The notes beneath the pieces were generated by a model. That model did no database searches and had not been told where the DNA came from. It worked only from the letters and a program-made list of their open reading frames with translations. DNA of 64,000 bases from Octopus sinensis. Taxonomy: Eukaryota. Both the position numbers and the translations under genes were made by a program. Each line of letters begins with the position of its first letter. Position 1 is the first letter of the stretch. Of this stretch, positions 39,612 through 52,681 are shown in pieces. Location: the NCBI RefSeq assembly GCF_006345805.1, contig NC_043015.1, positions 26,412,001 through 26,476,000 on the forward strand, in the 5' to 3' direction.

Positions 39612-39873
39612 GTATGATGATCTCTAGACTAAAGAGTTGTAAAGATCTATGGACACATTCTGCAGTGCATATCAACTTTATAGTTCCTATATGCACTCAA
39701 GCTTAGGTTGTTAACCGTTTCACCTAAATCTTTGATACAATTTGGCGCTTCGAGATGCTTTTCCGAAAGAAGAGATTGTAGGTATTTATGTATATCCTTT
39801 TTTCTAATTTACAGAGCTGTATTAACATAGTAAGTGATCTGATCTGAGATCGTGTGCTGCAACGAAAACAATT

Positions 39874-40121
39874 GCAGCGCGGAAGGCGCTTATAAGCCAT
39901 TTAAAAAATTCACACACAAAACCCGTTAGATTTAATACTAATTTGTCATAATATTTTCGTCGATTTGAGAACAGGTTTGAGATGCAGCACGGATTGTTGT
40001 CAGTCATCAGGTTGCGGCCTCAAAGCGACGAAAATAATTTGGCAAATTAAAGTTAAATCTTGAAGTGAATCTAACGGTTTTTGCGTGTTTTTAAATGGTT
40101 TATAAACACCTCCCGAGCTGA
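39874..40121. mobile_element. Fold-back MITE with ~100-bp imperfect TIRs
   Basis: GCAGCGCGGAAGGCGCTTATAAGCCATTTAAAAA...CCGTTAGATT...TTTTCGTCG..TTGAG mirrored on the right; AATT on both flanks. Confidence 0.8.
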
Positions 40122-41943
40122 AATTGCTTTTTTCTAAAGCTAAATACAAATTTTCCCCCGTTTAGCAGCTCGATGAGGCTGGGGGTTTCCAGTGAATCAC
40201 AATAAATATAAAAGATTGGAGTTTTTGATTTTCTAGAGCTGAGCTTCAATTTCAAAGAAATTGTTTTTTAATTTCCTGTTTGATAACAATTGATGAATTC
40301 TGTTCGAGTATAACTTAATTCGTCCACCAGTTCATAAATTTGTAAAGTGTCTATTCCTGAGTATTCCGGCTTTCGAACCCTGTTTCGGGACTTTCGTAAA
40401 CCAATCCACTGAGGGCGGCTTAAAGTCGCCCACCGTTCAAATATGTGTGGTGTATGTGTGATGAGGAGGGCATACATAAGTATACATATTTCAAAGAGGT
40501 ACGAGTATGTGTGGTATGTTCTTATTCTCACGTGACCTGGTCAATCATCGGCGCCCTCTGTCTTCCACCTTCTTTAATTCCTTCTCTCTCTGTCTCTCTT
40601 TCTCTCTCTCTCTACCCTCTTGCGACCTGCTGCCTAACAAGACATTTCGTTGGTGACCGCGGCCCGCTCAAAATCGTTCCCCCTCTGCCGAAAAGGCAAT
40701 TTTCCAAACACGCCTGCTAGTAAGTTATATTTGTCTCATTTTGTCTAAAGTCGTAAGACACCTGCTGTTATCCTGTTATTAACCATTCTTGTTTTTTATT
40801 TTTGTTTTCATTTTTTGTATTTATATTCGTCCCTGTTGCGTTTACATTCGCTCCTTTTCCTTAGTTTTTCCTTGGAGCTGGCCGCGTTGGAGCAAATATC
40901 AGAATTAATCAGCCGAAATTTGCTATGATGAACCGGTTTCTGACTGAAGATTAAAGGCTTCGAATGACCCGTCTGTTTTCTGTGTTGGCCCCTTTGTGTA
41001 TTTCACGTTCTTGTTTATATATATATATATATACACGGATATATATTTGTATATATACATACATGTGTGTGTTTGTGTGTGTCAGTGTTATTTGTGTGTA
41101 TGGTGTGTGTATGTGTGCGTGCATGCGCGCGCGAGTATGGGAATGGCTGAATATCATTTCAGAAAGTATTTTAAGATTTCAAACTATTTCAATATACTTT
41201 TATCCCTGCAGAGACTGGAAGAGTCCCATAATTGAGAATAATCTTTCTACACGTACAGCTGTTACTCTTCTGCTGCCCCTGCTCCTACTGCTGTGACTTC
41301 GCTAGTGATGCAGTTGAAACTGGTATTTCTAACACTCATCTATGATGGTGATGATGATGATGATGATGATGACGATGATGATGATAGTGATGATGATGAC
41401 GACGACGATGATGATGATGTGTGAATATTTGCATATGGGGAATTAGTGTCTCTTGTGATAGACATCATTTCAAATAATAATGGGCGATAAATTGTAAATT
41501 GTTAAGGCGGATCAAGCAGAAACAGTTGGTGTCTAATACGGCGAATGAATTGTTGTAAATAAAACTGGATAATTATAAAAGTTTTAATGAATAGAAAATA
41601 CTTCTGGTCCAAACACACGCAGACTTCCACACACGCGCGCACACACATACACGCATACATATGTACGTACATGCATACATATGTACGTACATGCACACAT
41701 ACGTACATGCATACATACACACATATATACATACGTACATTCATTATTTATATACACAAACATACGAAACAAGACAGTTTTTATCGCCGTACACCTTAAT
41801 CAGACCATTTACTCTCGCAATCATTTCCGTTACATTCATGCATAAAAATGCAGAATGTGTGTATATATGTGTATATTTTCGTATACACATATGTGCATGT
41901 TTTCGTATACATATATGTGTGAATATATGTGTTATAAATGCAG

Positions 41944-42063
41944 CTTCGACGGTGTCTTACAAATGTTGGCTCCACAATGCCGAGGCCAGAATCTCTTGTT
42001 TGGAAATATTTCGAAAAACGCGAGCAGAAGCTTGTCGAAGGGATTTCACTTTCTTTAATAAAG
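41944..42063 (+). CDS. Candidate coding exon (LRRCLTNVGSTMPRPESLVWKYFEKREQKLVEGISLSLIK)
   Basis: CAG acceptor, AAG|GTACAT donor, 120 bp, GC-richer than flanks, phase 0->0. A second frame is also open. Confidence 0.5.
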
Positions 42064-42504
42064 GTACATAAAGGTAATATATATATTTACCCACAGATTC
42101 GAGCACATATGCATCAGCGTGACTGACACTGAGTATTAATTTAAGAGTATTTAAGATTAAGTTTTAAAATAGTAACAGATCATGTAGCAATGACATGAGT
42201 GAAATATTAGCGAAAAGGTTTTGTCGGATTCATCTGAAATAAATTATTAAATTGCGCATGATTAATGTATATATATGTGTACGTGTGTACATGTGTGTGT
42301 GTGTGAATTGTGCGTTTGAGCGTGTATTGTGCATTTGTATGTGTGTTGTGTGAAAGATTTTGTATGTACAAGTGTGTGAGTGCATATTAATGTGTATGTG
42401 TGTTAAACATCCAAAGACACTGTAAGTATCAGAATCCATATATAAAGATAAGAAAGTAGAGAGCTGTTATTTTACTATCTCTAAATATGTAAAGCTATTT
42501 GCAG

Positions 42505-42563
42505 CACATTGAAATGTGTGCACAGAATTTATTTGATTCTTTTGGAAGACATCGAACAATAAC
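42505..42563 (+). CDS. Candidate coding exon ([19 protein letters not shown])
   Basis: TTTGCAG acceptor, GTGAGA donor, phase 0->2. Confidence 0.5.
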
Positions 42564-42645
42564 GTGAGATTAAGTCATTGGCACTAACATATAGAAACTC
42601 TATGATCCGTCTTTCATCTGGCATATATATATATATGTACATACA

Positions 42646-42685
<40 letters not shown>

Positions 42686-42794
42686 CATACATATATATAT
42701 GCTTATATATATATATACATATACATATATAAATATATATATATATACATATATATACATACATACATATATATATGCATATATATTTATACAT

Positions 42795-42877
<83 letters not shown>

Positions 42878-42944
42878 ATATACATACACATTCATACATC
42901 CCGCCTCATTTATTATGTGTGTGTGCGTGTGTGCGTTGATAGAA

Positions 42945-43147
<203 letters not shown>

Positions 43148-43878
43148 GAGTTTTACCTTATGAAGCGGTGCACGTTACCAGAATTTTCGACCCGAGTCAA
43201 ACGCAACAAACTACTCGAAGTACTTGTTAGGTTATTCGCGTAAGTGGAACCTATAGCCTTTCGCATTCAATATGACAATAATTCCATTCAAAATGGAACC
43301 ATCCTGTCCAAAAAAGAGTAATTCCATTGAAAATGAGCCTTTTAAAAATGAAAATAAATAAAACTGTAAATTTGCTTTAATTATTTATGTATCACCGATG
43401 ATAAACAGATTTTTTGCGTTATATCATTCCATTCATTGTCAATTTATTCACTAAGTTTGTTTATTTATTATCTATTAGCAAAAAGCATATTACATACTCC
43501 CATTTTGAATAGAACTATTCTCCTATTGAGTGTGACATGGTAGAGACAGACTAATTTGTACAGGCATAGGTTTATATTAATTGTAGTAATGAGGTGAAAC
43601 CAAATAGTGATATCTTGAAATATTTTAATACGTGCGTTTCAGGTATACATGATACATAAGAGTGACGTCAGTTAAAACATTTATGAAGAAGCTCTTACGT
43701 AATGGATGCATCTCCTATCATATATTACGCACACCCTAAGCCTAAGTGTTATATGATTTCAAAATATCATTATTTAGTTTGACTTCACTGTTACAACTAC
43801 AAATACACATATACATACACACATACGCACGCACACACACATGCACGCACACACACACACCTACATACATAATATATA

Positions 43879-43957
<79 letters not shown>

Positions 43958-43997
43958 TACACACATCGTACGATGAACATCGTACATTATCTGTTAG

Positions 43998-44123
43998 ACA
44001 CTACTTGGCATGGTTTGATGAATTCCGCGTTCGATTTCGCAAGAAGAGTCCACCAAACCTTGTTTTCAAACTGTTGATGACTACCCAATTCAGTCACAAC
44101 ATTCACCGAACATTGTACGAATG
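43998..44123 (+). CDS. Candidate coding exon (HYLAWFDEFRVRFRKKSPPNLVFKLLMTTQFSHNIHRTLYE)
   Basis: TTAG acceptor, GTAGGT donor, 126 bp, phase 2->2; an in-frame TAG follows immediately after the donor. Confidence 0.6.
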
Positions 44124-44484
44124 GTAGGTATAAAAGATGATGCAGGATGGAATCGAAATTACAGCCTCGTAATTGGCAAGCAAACATTCTCCCTTTTTAT
44201 GTTGACAGAGGTTATTCACAATTAACTAAAATTCAAATGGGTTCCCAGCGGGCACCAATGTGACATGCAAAGAACACCGAAAATGAGCTTGCAGTATATA
44301 AATCTTTCTGTAGGTATACATAAATCCATTCAAGTGTGTATATATATATTAAATATTTATGACGTGTTTAATCTAAAGCAACTGTAAGTGTACACAGATA
44401 AGTATATCAAATATTTTATGCATAGCATTGTGACAGACGCATTCACGTTTGTGTGTGCGTGTGTATACATGTATGAATGTGTGA

Positions 44485-44523
<39 letters not shown>

Positions 44524-44657
44524 TATAATATAAATAAGCAGCAAAGATGTATAGGTGACAATTCAAGTAATATTTTTGAAGTGTGCGAACTATACCGAAC
44601 TAGCAAGGTGCCTCAATTAAAATACCTACTTGAAGTGAATCTTAATTATATTATATA

Positions 44658-44694
<37 letters not shown>

Positions 44695-44714
44695 TATGTA
44701 TGTATCTATGTATG

Positions 44715-44794
<80 letters not shown>

Positions 44795-45615
44795 TATACT
44801 TACAAACATGCACACATACATATAACCACTTAGATTTCCTTCCGTTTCACATTGCAAAATCTCGTTTGCCACTCACACTTTGTGTGTGTGCGTTTGTGCG
44901 CACGCGCTCCACCTTGAATGTGTCCAGGAGCCTGTGAGCATGCATCAGTGTGGCTATGTGTCAAACCAGATCGACAAATAATAATTGTACTAAGTTGCTA
45001 AAAATGTTTCATTTGTATTGTTGATCTAGAGCCCCTCCCCTCCAATAAATCTAGTCTCCAATGCGCAACAATTTCAGGTGAATTCATAATATTCTTTCTT
45101 GACACTTTGCCATAAAATACTATCAGAAAACATTGTCTATGATATCCATTAAATTTGTCCATTGAATATCTCTAACGTAGACATCATATTTATTGGTGTC
45201 TCTTGTTATACAGTAGTTTGCTTTCTATTTTCCTTTCACACAGAATATTTTCCTTTCTATTTCTTTCTTGCTTTTTTCTTTGGTTCGGGTTTTACGTTTA
45301 TACTTTATTGTAAATTTTGAATGATTCAGATAACTGAGGTCATGATTTTTTTATTCGTTTATCAATCCTATAGGTCGGATATAAATGTAAGATAGGGTCG
45401 GATACGAATGTCGAACAACGAATAGAAATGAGTAAAGAACCTAATCGGAGCGCCCAACTGAAGGATTGCATTTTATTTAAAATTGAGCGGTTCCTTGCGA
45501 AACTGTCAAACATCTATTTGAAACATTGGTGCCGTTAGTTCCAACTCCGTATGATTAGGTTTTGAGGTTTTACACCCGATTCAAACACTGTTCTAGCTTT
45601 CTGTTATGCACGCAG

Positions 45616-45690
45616 TTTCATACATCGGTACACACGATGTACAGACGACAATGTACAGGAATTTGTATACATGCCTCCATCTCTCTCCAG
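45616..45690 (+). CDS. Candidate coding exon (FIHRYTRCTDDNVQEFVYMPPSLS)
   Basis: GCAG acceptor, CAG|GTGTGT donor, 75 bp, phase 2->2. Confidence 0.55.
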
Positions 45691-45808
45691 GTGTGTGTAT
45701 GTATGTGTGCATGTATATTATATACACATATATAACGAGAAATATTGGTTGACATGCATACATGTATGAATATATATATACATATATGTATGTATGTATA
45801 TGTATGTA

Positions 45809-45851
<43 letters not shown>

Positions 45852-46547
45852 TATATATATTTGCATATATACACATATTTATATATATATATACTATATA
45901 TATTTGCATATGCATACAGTCGTACATATATACATTAATACACAAACAAACGCTCATACGAATATATACCCCTGCACTCACTCAAGCGTGTAAGTCAGAG
46001 CCCAGATATCATAAAGTCTGGAAGAAAGAGATATTATTGCACCAATCCTTTTGGGCTTGTACATCCATTGATATATAACTAATCTATGCACTTGAAACAG
46101 TTTGATTTTAAAATACCGATGTGTAAAATATTTTATGAATCATACACAATCGTGGAACAGCACTTTTTCTAATATTTTGTCGCAGAGAAACATCTCAAAC
46201 TGTGTGTTAAAACAGTATTCATAGCTGGCGCCGGATGCCGTGATCTGATCGCCGGATACGGTATTTCGATCTTATATAGTTTTCTCAGTAAATAATCATT
46301 CTAATCTAAGCAGAAAATGCTAATTCCGTCGTAAAAATCGATAAACCAAGCATTTACTGATTTGGACGCAAGATGACCAGATTGAAATTTCACAGATATA
46401 CAACTTAAAACAGCATTACTCATAACATGAATTAATGACGTGTATATCTATAATACATTTTCACATGAAGAACGACCCTATAAAAAATTGCTTGTTCCAG
46501 AGAATTATCCCAAGGAGATCTATGTTTAAAACATAGAGCTCATTCAG

Positions 46548-46661
46548 AATGTCGGTAGATCGCGATCACACTGTTTCGACTTACCTTGGTGTCGTCAGTG
46601 GCGAATACCCGTACATTGTAAATTTTATGAATAACGTTCGGTGACTTGGCGTATTCCACAG
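46548..46661 (+). CDS. Candidate coding exon (MSVDRDHTVSTYLGVVSGEYPYIVNFMNNVR*LGVFH) with in-frame TGA at 46642-44
   Basis: TTCAG acceptor; CAG|GTATGT donor at 46662, or alternative CG|GTGACT donor at 46641; phase 2 start fits the previous exon. Confidence 0.5.
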
Positions 46662-46749
46662 GTATGTATATATATGCCTCATAGATACATACATACATGC
46701 ATGCACTCATGCATACATTCACATATACATCAATATATACATACATATA

Positions 46750-46920
46750 GGCGCAGGAGTGGCTGTGTGGTAAGTAGCTTGTTTACCAACCACATGGTTC
46801 CGGGTTCAGTCCCACTGCGTGGCACTTTGGGCAAGTGTCTTCTACTAAAGCCTCGGGCCGACCAAAGCTTTGTGGGTGGATTTGGTAGACGGATACTGAA
46901 AGAAGCCCGTCGTATATATG

Positions 46921-46956
<36 letters not shown>

Positions 46957-47240
46957 GCGTGTGTGTGTTTGTGTGTCTGTGTTTGTCCCCCTAGCATTGC
47001 TTGACAACCGATGCTGGTGTGTTTATGTCCCTGTTACTTAGCGGTTCGACAAAAGAGACCGATAGAATAGGTACTGGGCTTACAAAAGAATAAGTCTCGG
47101 GGTCGAGTTGCTCGATTAAAGGCGGTGCTCCAGCATGGCCGCAGTCAAATGACTGAAACAAGTAAAAGAGAGAGTAAAAGATTATACACACACACGCACC
47201 ACACCACACACACAACACACACACACACACACACACACAC

Positions 47241-47296
<56 letters not shown>

Positions 47297-47521
47297 ATGC
47301 GTGTGTGTGTTTGTGTGTCTGTGTTTGTCCCCCTAGCATTGCTTGACAACCGAGCTGGTGTGTTTATGTCCCTGTTACTTAGCGGTTCGACAAAAGAGAC
47401 CGATAGAATAGGTACTGGGCTTACAAAAGAATAAGTCTCGGGGTCGAGTTGCTCGATTAAAGGCGGTGCTCCAGCATGGCCGCAGTCAAATGACTGAAAC
47501 AAGTAAAAGAGAGAGTAAAAG
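46750..47521 (+). mobile_element. SINE family 1 (46750-47180) with tandem duplication of its 3' half (about 47299-47521)
   Basis: Second copy of GTGTTTGTCCCCCTAGCATTGC...GAAACAAGTAAAAGAGAGAGTAAAAGATTATACAC. Confidence 0.9.
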
Positions 47522-47532
47522 ATTATACACAC

Positions 47533-47635
<103 letters not shown>

Positions 47636-47674
47636 TATATATATACTTTATTTAAAGCAGCAGAAAATTCTACA

Positions 47675-47721
47675 AAACTTGTTACTTTGAGTTTCCCGTT
47701 GTCGTTCATCGGACAGTTTTT
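47675..47721 (-). ncRNA. Possible decayed hammerhead (CCGATGA core variant) in a pseudo-LTR-like fragment
   Basis: AAAACTGT CCGATGA ACGACAACGG GAAAC TCAAA GTA ACAAGTTTT: good stem I with one bulge, weak stem II. Confidence 0.35.
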
Positions 47722-48649
47722 GCTAGAAGGGAACCGATGTCAAACGCCACACCTTTAAAATATGGACTTGTTTGATTGGCCCTTTAGAAATAACGGTCAA
47801 TTTTCGAGCAATAAACAAAGATGAGCTCAAAAAATATATATATATATATATATGAAAATTATAAAAAATTATAAAAATTATAAAATTTGAGGAAAAACCT
47901 TACATTGAATAAAATACATATTGACCTTAACGAAGGAAATATTATTAATACATGGAAATTGAAATGCATTAAAAATATGCATTACAAATATAACACAGCA
48001 ATACATATTCATATTAAAGTTTACATATATATCAACATACACAGAATAGATGCGTGCGAACCCCATACATATACAGACGTATAAATATAAAGCTAAAATA
48101 TACACACAAATGCATGTATACATCTGTATACGCAATCTAGTTCGCACGCAAGCTAAAATCATGGATGGTTAAGTATTGTTCGTATTTACGAAGCAAAGCT
48201 GAAGACATGAGTAAGTGAGGGGGGCGTAAAGTTGCATGACTATACATGTATTGTATAGTTAGAGAAAAAACGAAAGAAAGTAAGAGAGAGAAAAAAGAAA
48301 AGGGGGAAGGAAAAAGAAAAAAGGAGGGGTGGAGAAAAAACGAAATAAGAAAAATTATGTATACAGGCTGTGTAACCTCGTATATTGACACATATATAGA
48401 GATACAAGTACACAAACACACAAGTTCAAGTAGATAGATACACATACAGTCGTGTATGTGTGTGCTTAAGCACAAACATACGCTCACTTACACATACACA
48501 GAGACGTATGCTTACAAATACATATTCGTGGCTATACACATGTTTACATCAAAATTCTAATTTTTGACAACGTTGCTTTTAAAAAAATGGTGAGTGTAAT
48601 AATGAAAATTATACGAAAGACATGTAAGATATAACACTCTATTTCGGAT

Positions 48650-49873
48650 CATCTATAAATAAAAAATCAAAGTAAGCCTATACAATATAATAACATGAAA
48701 TAAACTAAACCGAAGGTTTTTCCTAAGAAATATGTAGAAATATAAACAAAATAAACAAAATATATGCATGAGACGTTGCTATACAGAATGGAATCTGCAT
48801 AGCGCGAAACAAATCCATCGTTGCGTTTACATACTAGTCCAAGAATCAAAATCAAAATTTCAAAATCAAAAATACAACAAGACAAGGTACATATTCTATC
48901 CATATGGTATATTTATGTTTGACATTTTAAATTTGGCTGCGTGCCTGCATAAGTTCATCGGCTCACTTCTTTGATTCAAAGAATTATTGTCTTTGAATAA
49001 AATGTAGAGTTTTTCTAACAGGCAAAGATTGCATTTGAAATTATTCTTGTGTGCTCCATGCCTGTATGTTGCCGCTCTGTCCAGAATGCTCCATGTCACG
49101 TTGAAAGGTGGGGTTTCCTTTTCTTTTAGTTCCCAGACATATTTTGCTAGGCTGGTCCTCTTCCTTTTTTCTGGGTATCTAAATGAATTTTTATGCGAAT
49201 AAAATCGCGTTTTAAACGAGTTTTCTGAAGCCCCTGTATATGTCTTGTATTCCGATGAGCCTTCTATTTGTACCTTCGCTCTATAAACTACTCCTTTTAC
49301 TAGACATTTCCCTTCTAACGGGCAGGAGGATTCATTTTTGAAATTGCATTTCTTAATGGGCTCGGCACCATGTTTAATCTCAATCATATTCCTATTATGC
49401 TAGCTAATGTAAGAGGCGAAATTTCTGCAACAAGAATAGCTAACCTTCAGGGTTCTTCTGTTAAATATCCTATAGAATATATGGTCCTGCTTAAAATGCC
49501 TAGAGACTAATTTAAAAAATTCCTTACCTATATTAGTCTTTACGGCCAAATTGAAAGCCGGGTTGAACCACAAAACTTTCCTGGTCCTAGTTCTTCGCGC
49601 AGCATTATTATCAGCATTAAGATTTATAGATGCAGGTTTATATAGGGATGACGGCCTTATAGCCACCCATAATTTAAACGGCCATGAATCAGATAGACTT
49701 ATGAAGGACATTATTGCTTTCTTTCAAAGGATGGGCTTACGGGTTATAATAGATACTAACCTGAATAGTGTAGATTTTTTAGACGTAAATTTTAATGCAA
49801 GGTCGGATAGATTTAAACCTTTCCGTAAGCCCAATGAAAAGCTATCGTATATTAGCAAAGATTCGAACCATCC
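48650..49873 (-). mobile_element. 5'-truncated PLE (Hydra-clade-like) with inverted 5' segment
   Basis: On -: RKVLWFNPAF..VKTNIGK.F..L...F....I.YSC, then CPLEGKC..VVYRA..YTG.SE..FK.R...H, CNLCL.EK, LNQRSE...CRH. On + (about 49627-49873): GLYRDDGL...VDFLDV...SNHP. Confidence 0.85.
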
Positions 49874-51088
49874 GCAGTAGAGCAACGAAACTTGGCACAG
49901 TTATTAGACTTTTTCTACATAGGAACCACCCAGAGTTACGCATTTCCACATCGTTTGATGCAGTTCTGGAGACCGTTTTTGTAGAAGACCCCAGTTTGGT
50001 CTTCCAAACACGACGTGACTTCAGAAATCAAGGCTACATCATCTGGGAAACGCTTTCCTTTGAAAAACAAGTTCGTGGCTGGGAAGAGGTGACAATCAGA
50101 GGGTGCAAGGTCAGGAGAGTAGGGGGATGGGGGAGGAGTTCATAGCCGCACGCCTGTGCTTCTGATCTAGTGACACGCGAGTTGTGGACCGGAGCGTTTT
50201 CCTGCAGGAGGAGGATGCCTTTGCTGATCTTGCCCCGCCTCTTGATTTTGATAGCTTCTCTTAATTTCCTCAAAAGTGAAGCATAATAGGCTCCTGTAAT
50301 TGTGGTACCCTTTGCCAGGAAATCTGTCATCACTACTCAGTCCTGGTCCCAGAAGACTGTGAGCATGACCTTGCCAGCGGAGGGCTGGACCCTTGCCTTC
50401 TTTGGAGGAGGTGAGTCACGGTGCTTCCACTGCATTGGTCTCTGGATCATAGTGATGGACCCAGGTTTCATCCTGTGTAATCAGTCTTTTGAAAAATGTT
50501 GACTCATCTTCTTGGCACATCTCCAAATTCATCCTCGAGCACTCGACGCGCTCTTGCTTCTGGAAATGTGTGAGCAACCTGGGAATCCATCTGGCAGACA
50601 CCTTTTTCAAATGCAAATGGTCATGAATGATAGTTTCCACAGACCCGGTACTAATCTTGACCTCATGGGCTATTTGGCGAATAGTTATGCGTCGATCTTC
50701 CAAAATGGCAGCCTCAACTTGACGGACACATGCCTCATCAATGGCAGAAGGGGGGGGGACCAGATCTGGGAGCTGTTTCCACAGAGTTCCAACCATGTTT
50801 GAATTCACGATGCCAGCGTTCTACAAGGTCATATGATGGGGCATCATCACCATAAGTTACTTTCATTTCATCAAAAGTCTCCCGTGGTGTGCGTCCTTTC
50901 AAATACAAAAACCGGATCACTGCTCGACACTCAACAGGCTCCATTTCACACTTGACTCAGTTCAAACACCTGTAAATCAGAAACCACAATTAGTATCTAT
51001 AGAGATATAAATAATTGCACATGCAAAATTGCAGCTAGATCAAACAACTGCAAGTGGGTCAAGGGCATCACTTATTGAACGCCCCTCG
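49874..51088 (-). mobile_element. mariner-family DNA transposon, frameshifted, one TIR missing
   Basis: TA+CGAGGGGCGTTCAATAAGT terminus at 51088-90; MEPVECRAVIRFLYLKG, WIPRLLT, ITQDETWVHHYDPE, LLQENAPVH, HPPYSPDLAP-like; no matching TIR near 49874. Confidence 0.92.
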
Positions 51089-51515
51089 TACAGTAAATAA
51101 CTGAACGCTTTTAATATTGTTAACAAGGCAAAAATACACTCATCCATTTATATATATATATATATATATATATACGCACATACATCTGTTCGTGCTTTTG
51201 CGTTCGCTCCCTAATAATCACACTTGAAGTGAATTATTATAAGGTAAAGATTTATGGATTCGTACAAAAAGGTTAATGTCCGAGTCAGCCGACATCTTTA
51301 ATTTTTTTCTTCTTTTAGAATAATTTATCTTTAACATGTTGAAAGTAGTTAGCAAGTTGAATAGTTGAAAAAAAAATGTATCAATTAGACTTGAATCTCC
51401 ACTTATCATTTTGTGACCAGGAATTTGTTTTTGATTCTGTTTCTTATTTTCTTTTTCTTAGATAAACGAAATGAGCTAATGTATACTTGCCGATTTGTTA
51501 TCATCGCTATCCGTT

Positions 51516-51747
51516 AAGGCGGCGAGCTGGCAGAAACGTTAGCACGCCGGGCGAATTGCGTAGCCGTATTTCGTCTGCCGTTACGTTCTGAGTTCAAATT
51601 CCGGCGAGGTCGACTTTGTTTTTCATTCTTTCGCGGTCGATAAATTAAGTACTAGTTACGTACTGGGGTTGATGTAATCGACTTAATCCGTTTGTCTGTC
51701 CTTGTTTGTCCCCTCTGTGTTTAGCCCATTGTGGGTAGTAAAGGAAT
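51516..51747 (+). mobile_element. SINE family 2 (near full length)
   Basis: AAGGCGGCGAGCTGGCAGAAACGTTAG...GAGTTCAAATTCC (B-box-like)...GTCGATAAATTAAGTAC...TGTGGGTAGTAAAG; degenerate copies at about 57990-58215, 60178-60300, 60380-60545 and 60605-60720. Confidence 0.85.
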
Positions 51748-52594
51748 GTTTCCGGATTCGATTCCATACACTGCCTTCGACGGACCAACAAGATTGCATG
51801 TGTCATTGAGTAAATAGATAATATCCACAACAGCTCATCTCAATTTTTGGTACATGTATATACATTCATATATAAACATATTGTGTGTGTGTGTGTTTGG
51901 GTGTGTGTGTGTGTTTGTATGTGTGTGTGTGTGCTTGTGTATTAGTGCGTATAATCGTTAGTGTAAATATGTATGCATTTATGGGACGATACAAGGGAAG
52001 CGTTTACTAACAGAAAGCAACAGAGATTGTGTAGCAGCAAAAAGTTGAATTGCTTTTCAATGAAATGTAGATCAATAAATAAGTAAAAGTAACAGCCCGA
52101 GATAAGAGTCGAAGTCTATATAATTGAGTAAGACACTTAAGTACGTTGTCCCAGCCTGGCCACAATTAAACGAATGAAACGTGTGAAACATTCAAAGAAT
52201 AAAAGAATAAAACAGCACAATTGAAATGTATAAACAGCTTCTAAATTATGGGCTGCAACAAGATATCCAGCGAAAGAGGAGAAACCTATGTATACACGCA
52301 GATAGATAGATAGATAGATAGATACATACATACATACATACATACATACATACATACATACATACATACATGTATGTATGTATATAAGTGTATATACACA
52401 TACATACGATTTCCCGACTAACGTAATCGATACTATTCTTTTACAGCTACGAGATATTTCTATTTCTTTTGATTTATCCGTTATCAGCTGCAATAATAAA
52501 ATTTTATGTATGTACTACGTATGTATGAGCATATATACATATATATGTGTGTGTGTGTGAGTGTGTAGGTACAAGTCTATGTACATAAACGCAA

Positions 52595-52625
<31 letters not shown>

Positions 52626-52628
52626 CAT

Positions 52629-52681
<53 letters not shown>

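Noticed and set aside
46555-46610. CTGACGA...GTCGAAAC on - strand as a hammerhead
   Set aside because: No valid stem II closing pair, GTG is not a cleavable triplet, and it is antisense to a probable coding exon.
48630-48680. GATGATCCGAAA on - strand as the HHR of the Hydra-like element
   Set aside because: I could not build the stems; too degenerate to call.
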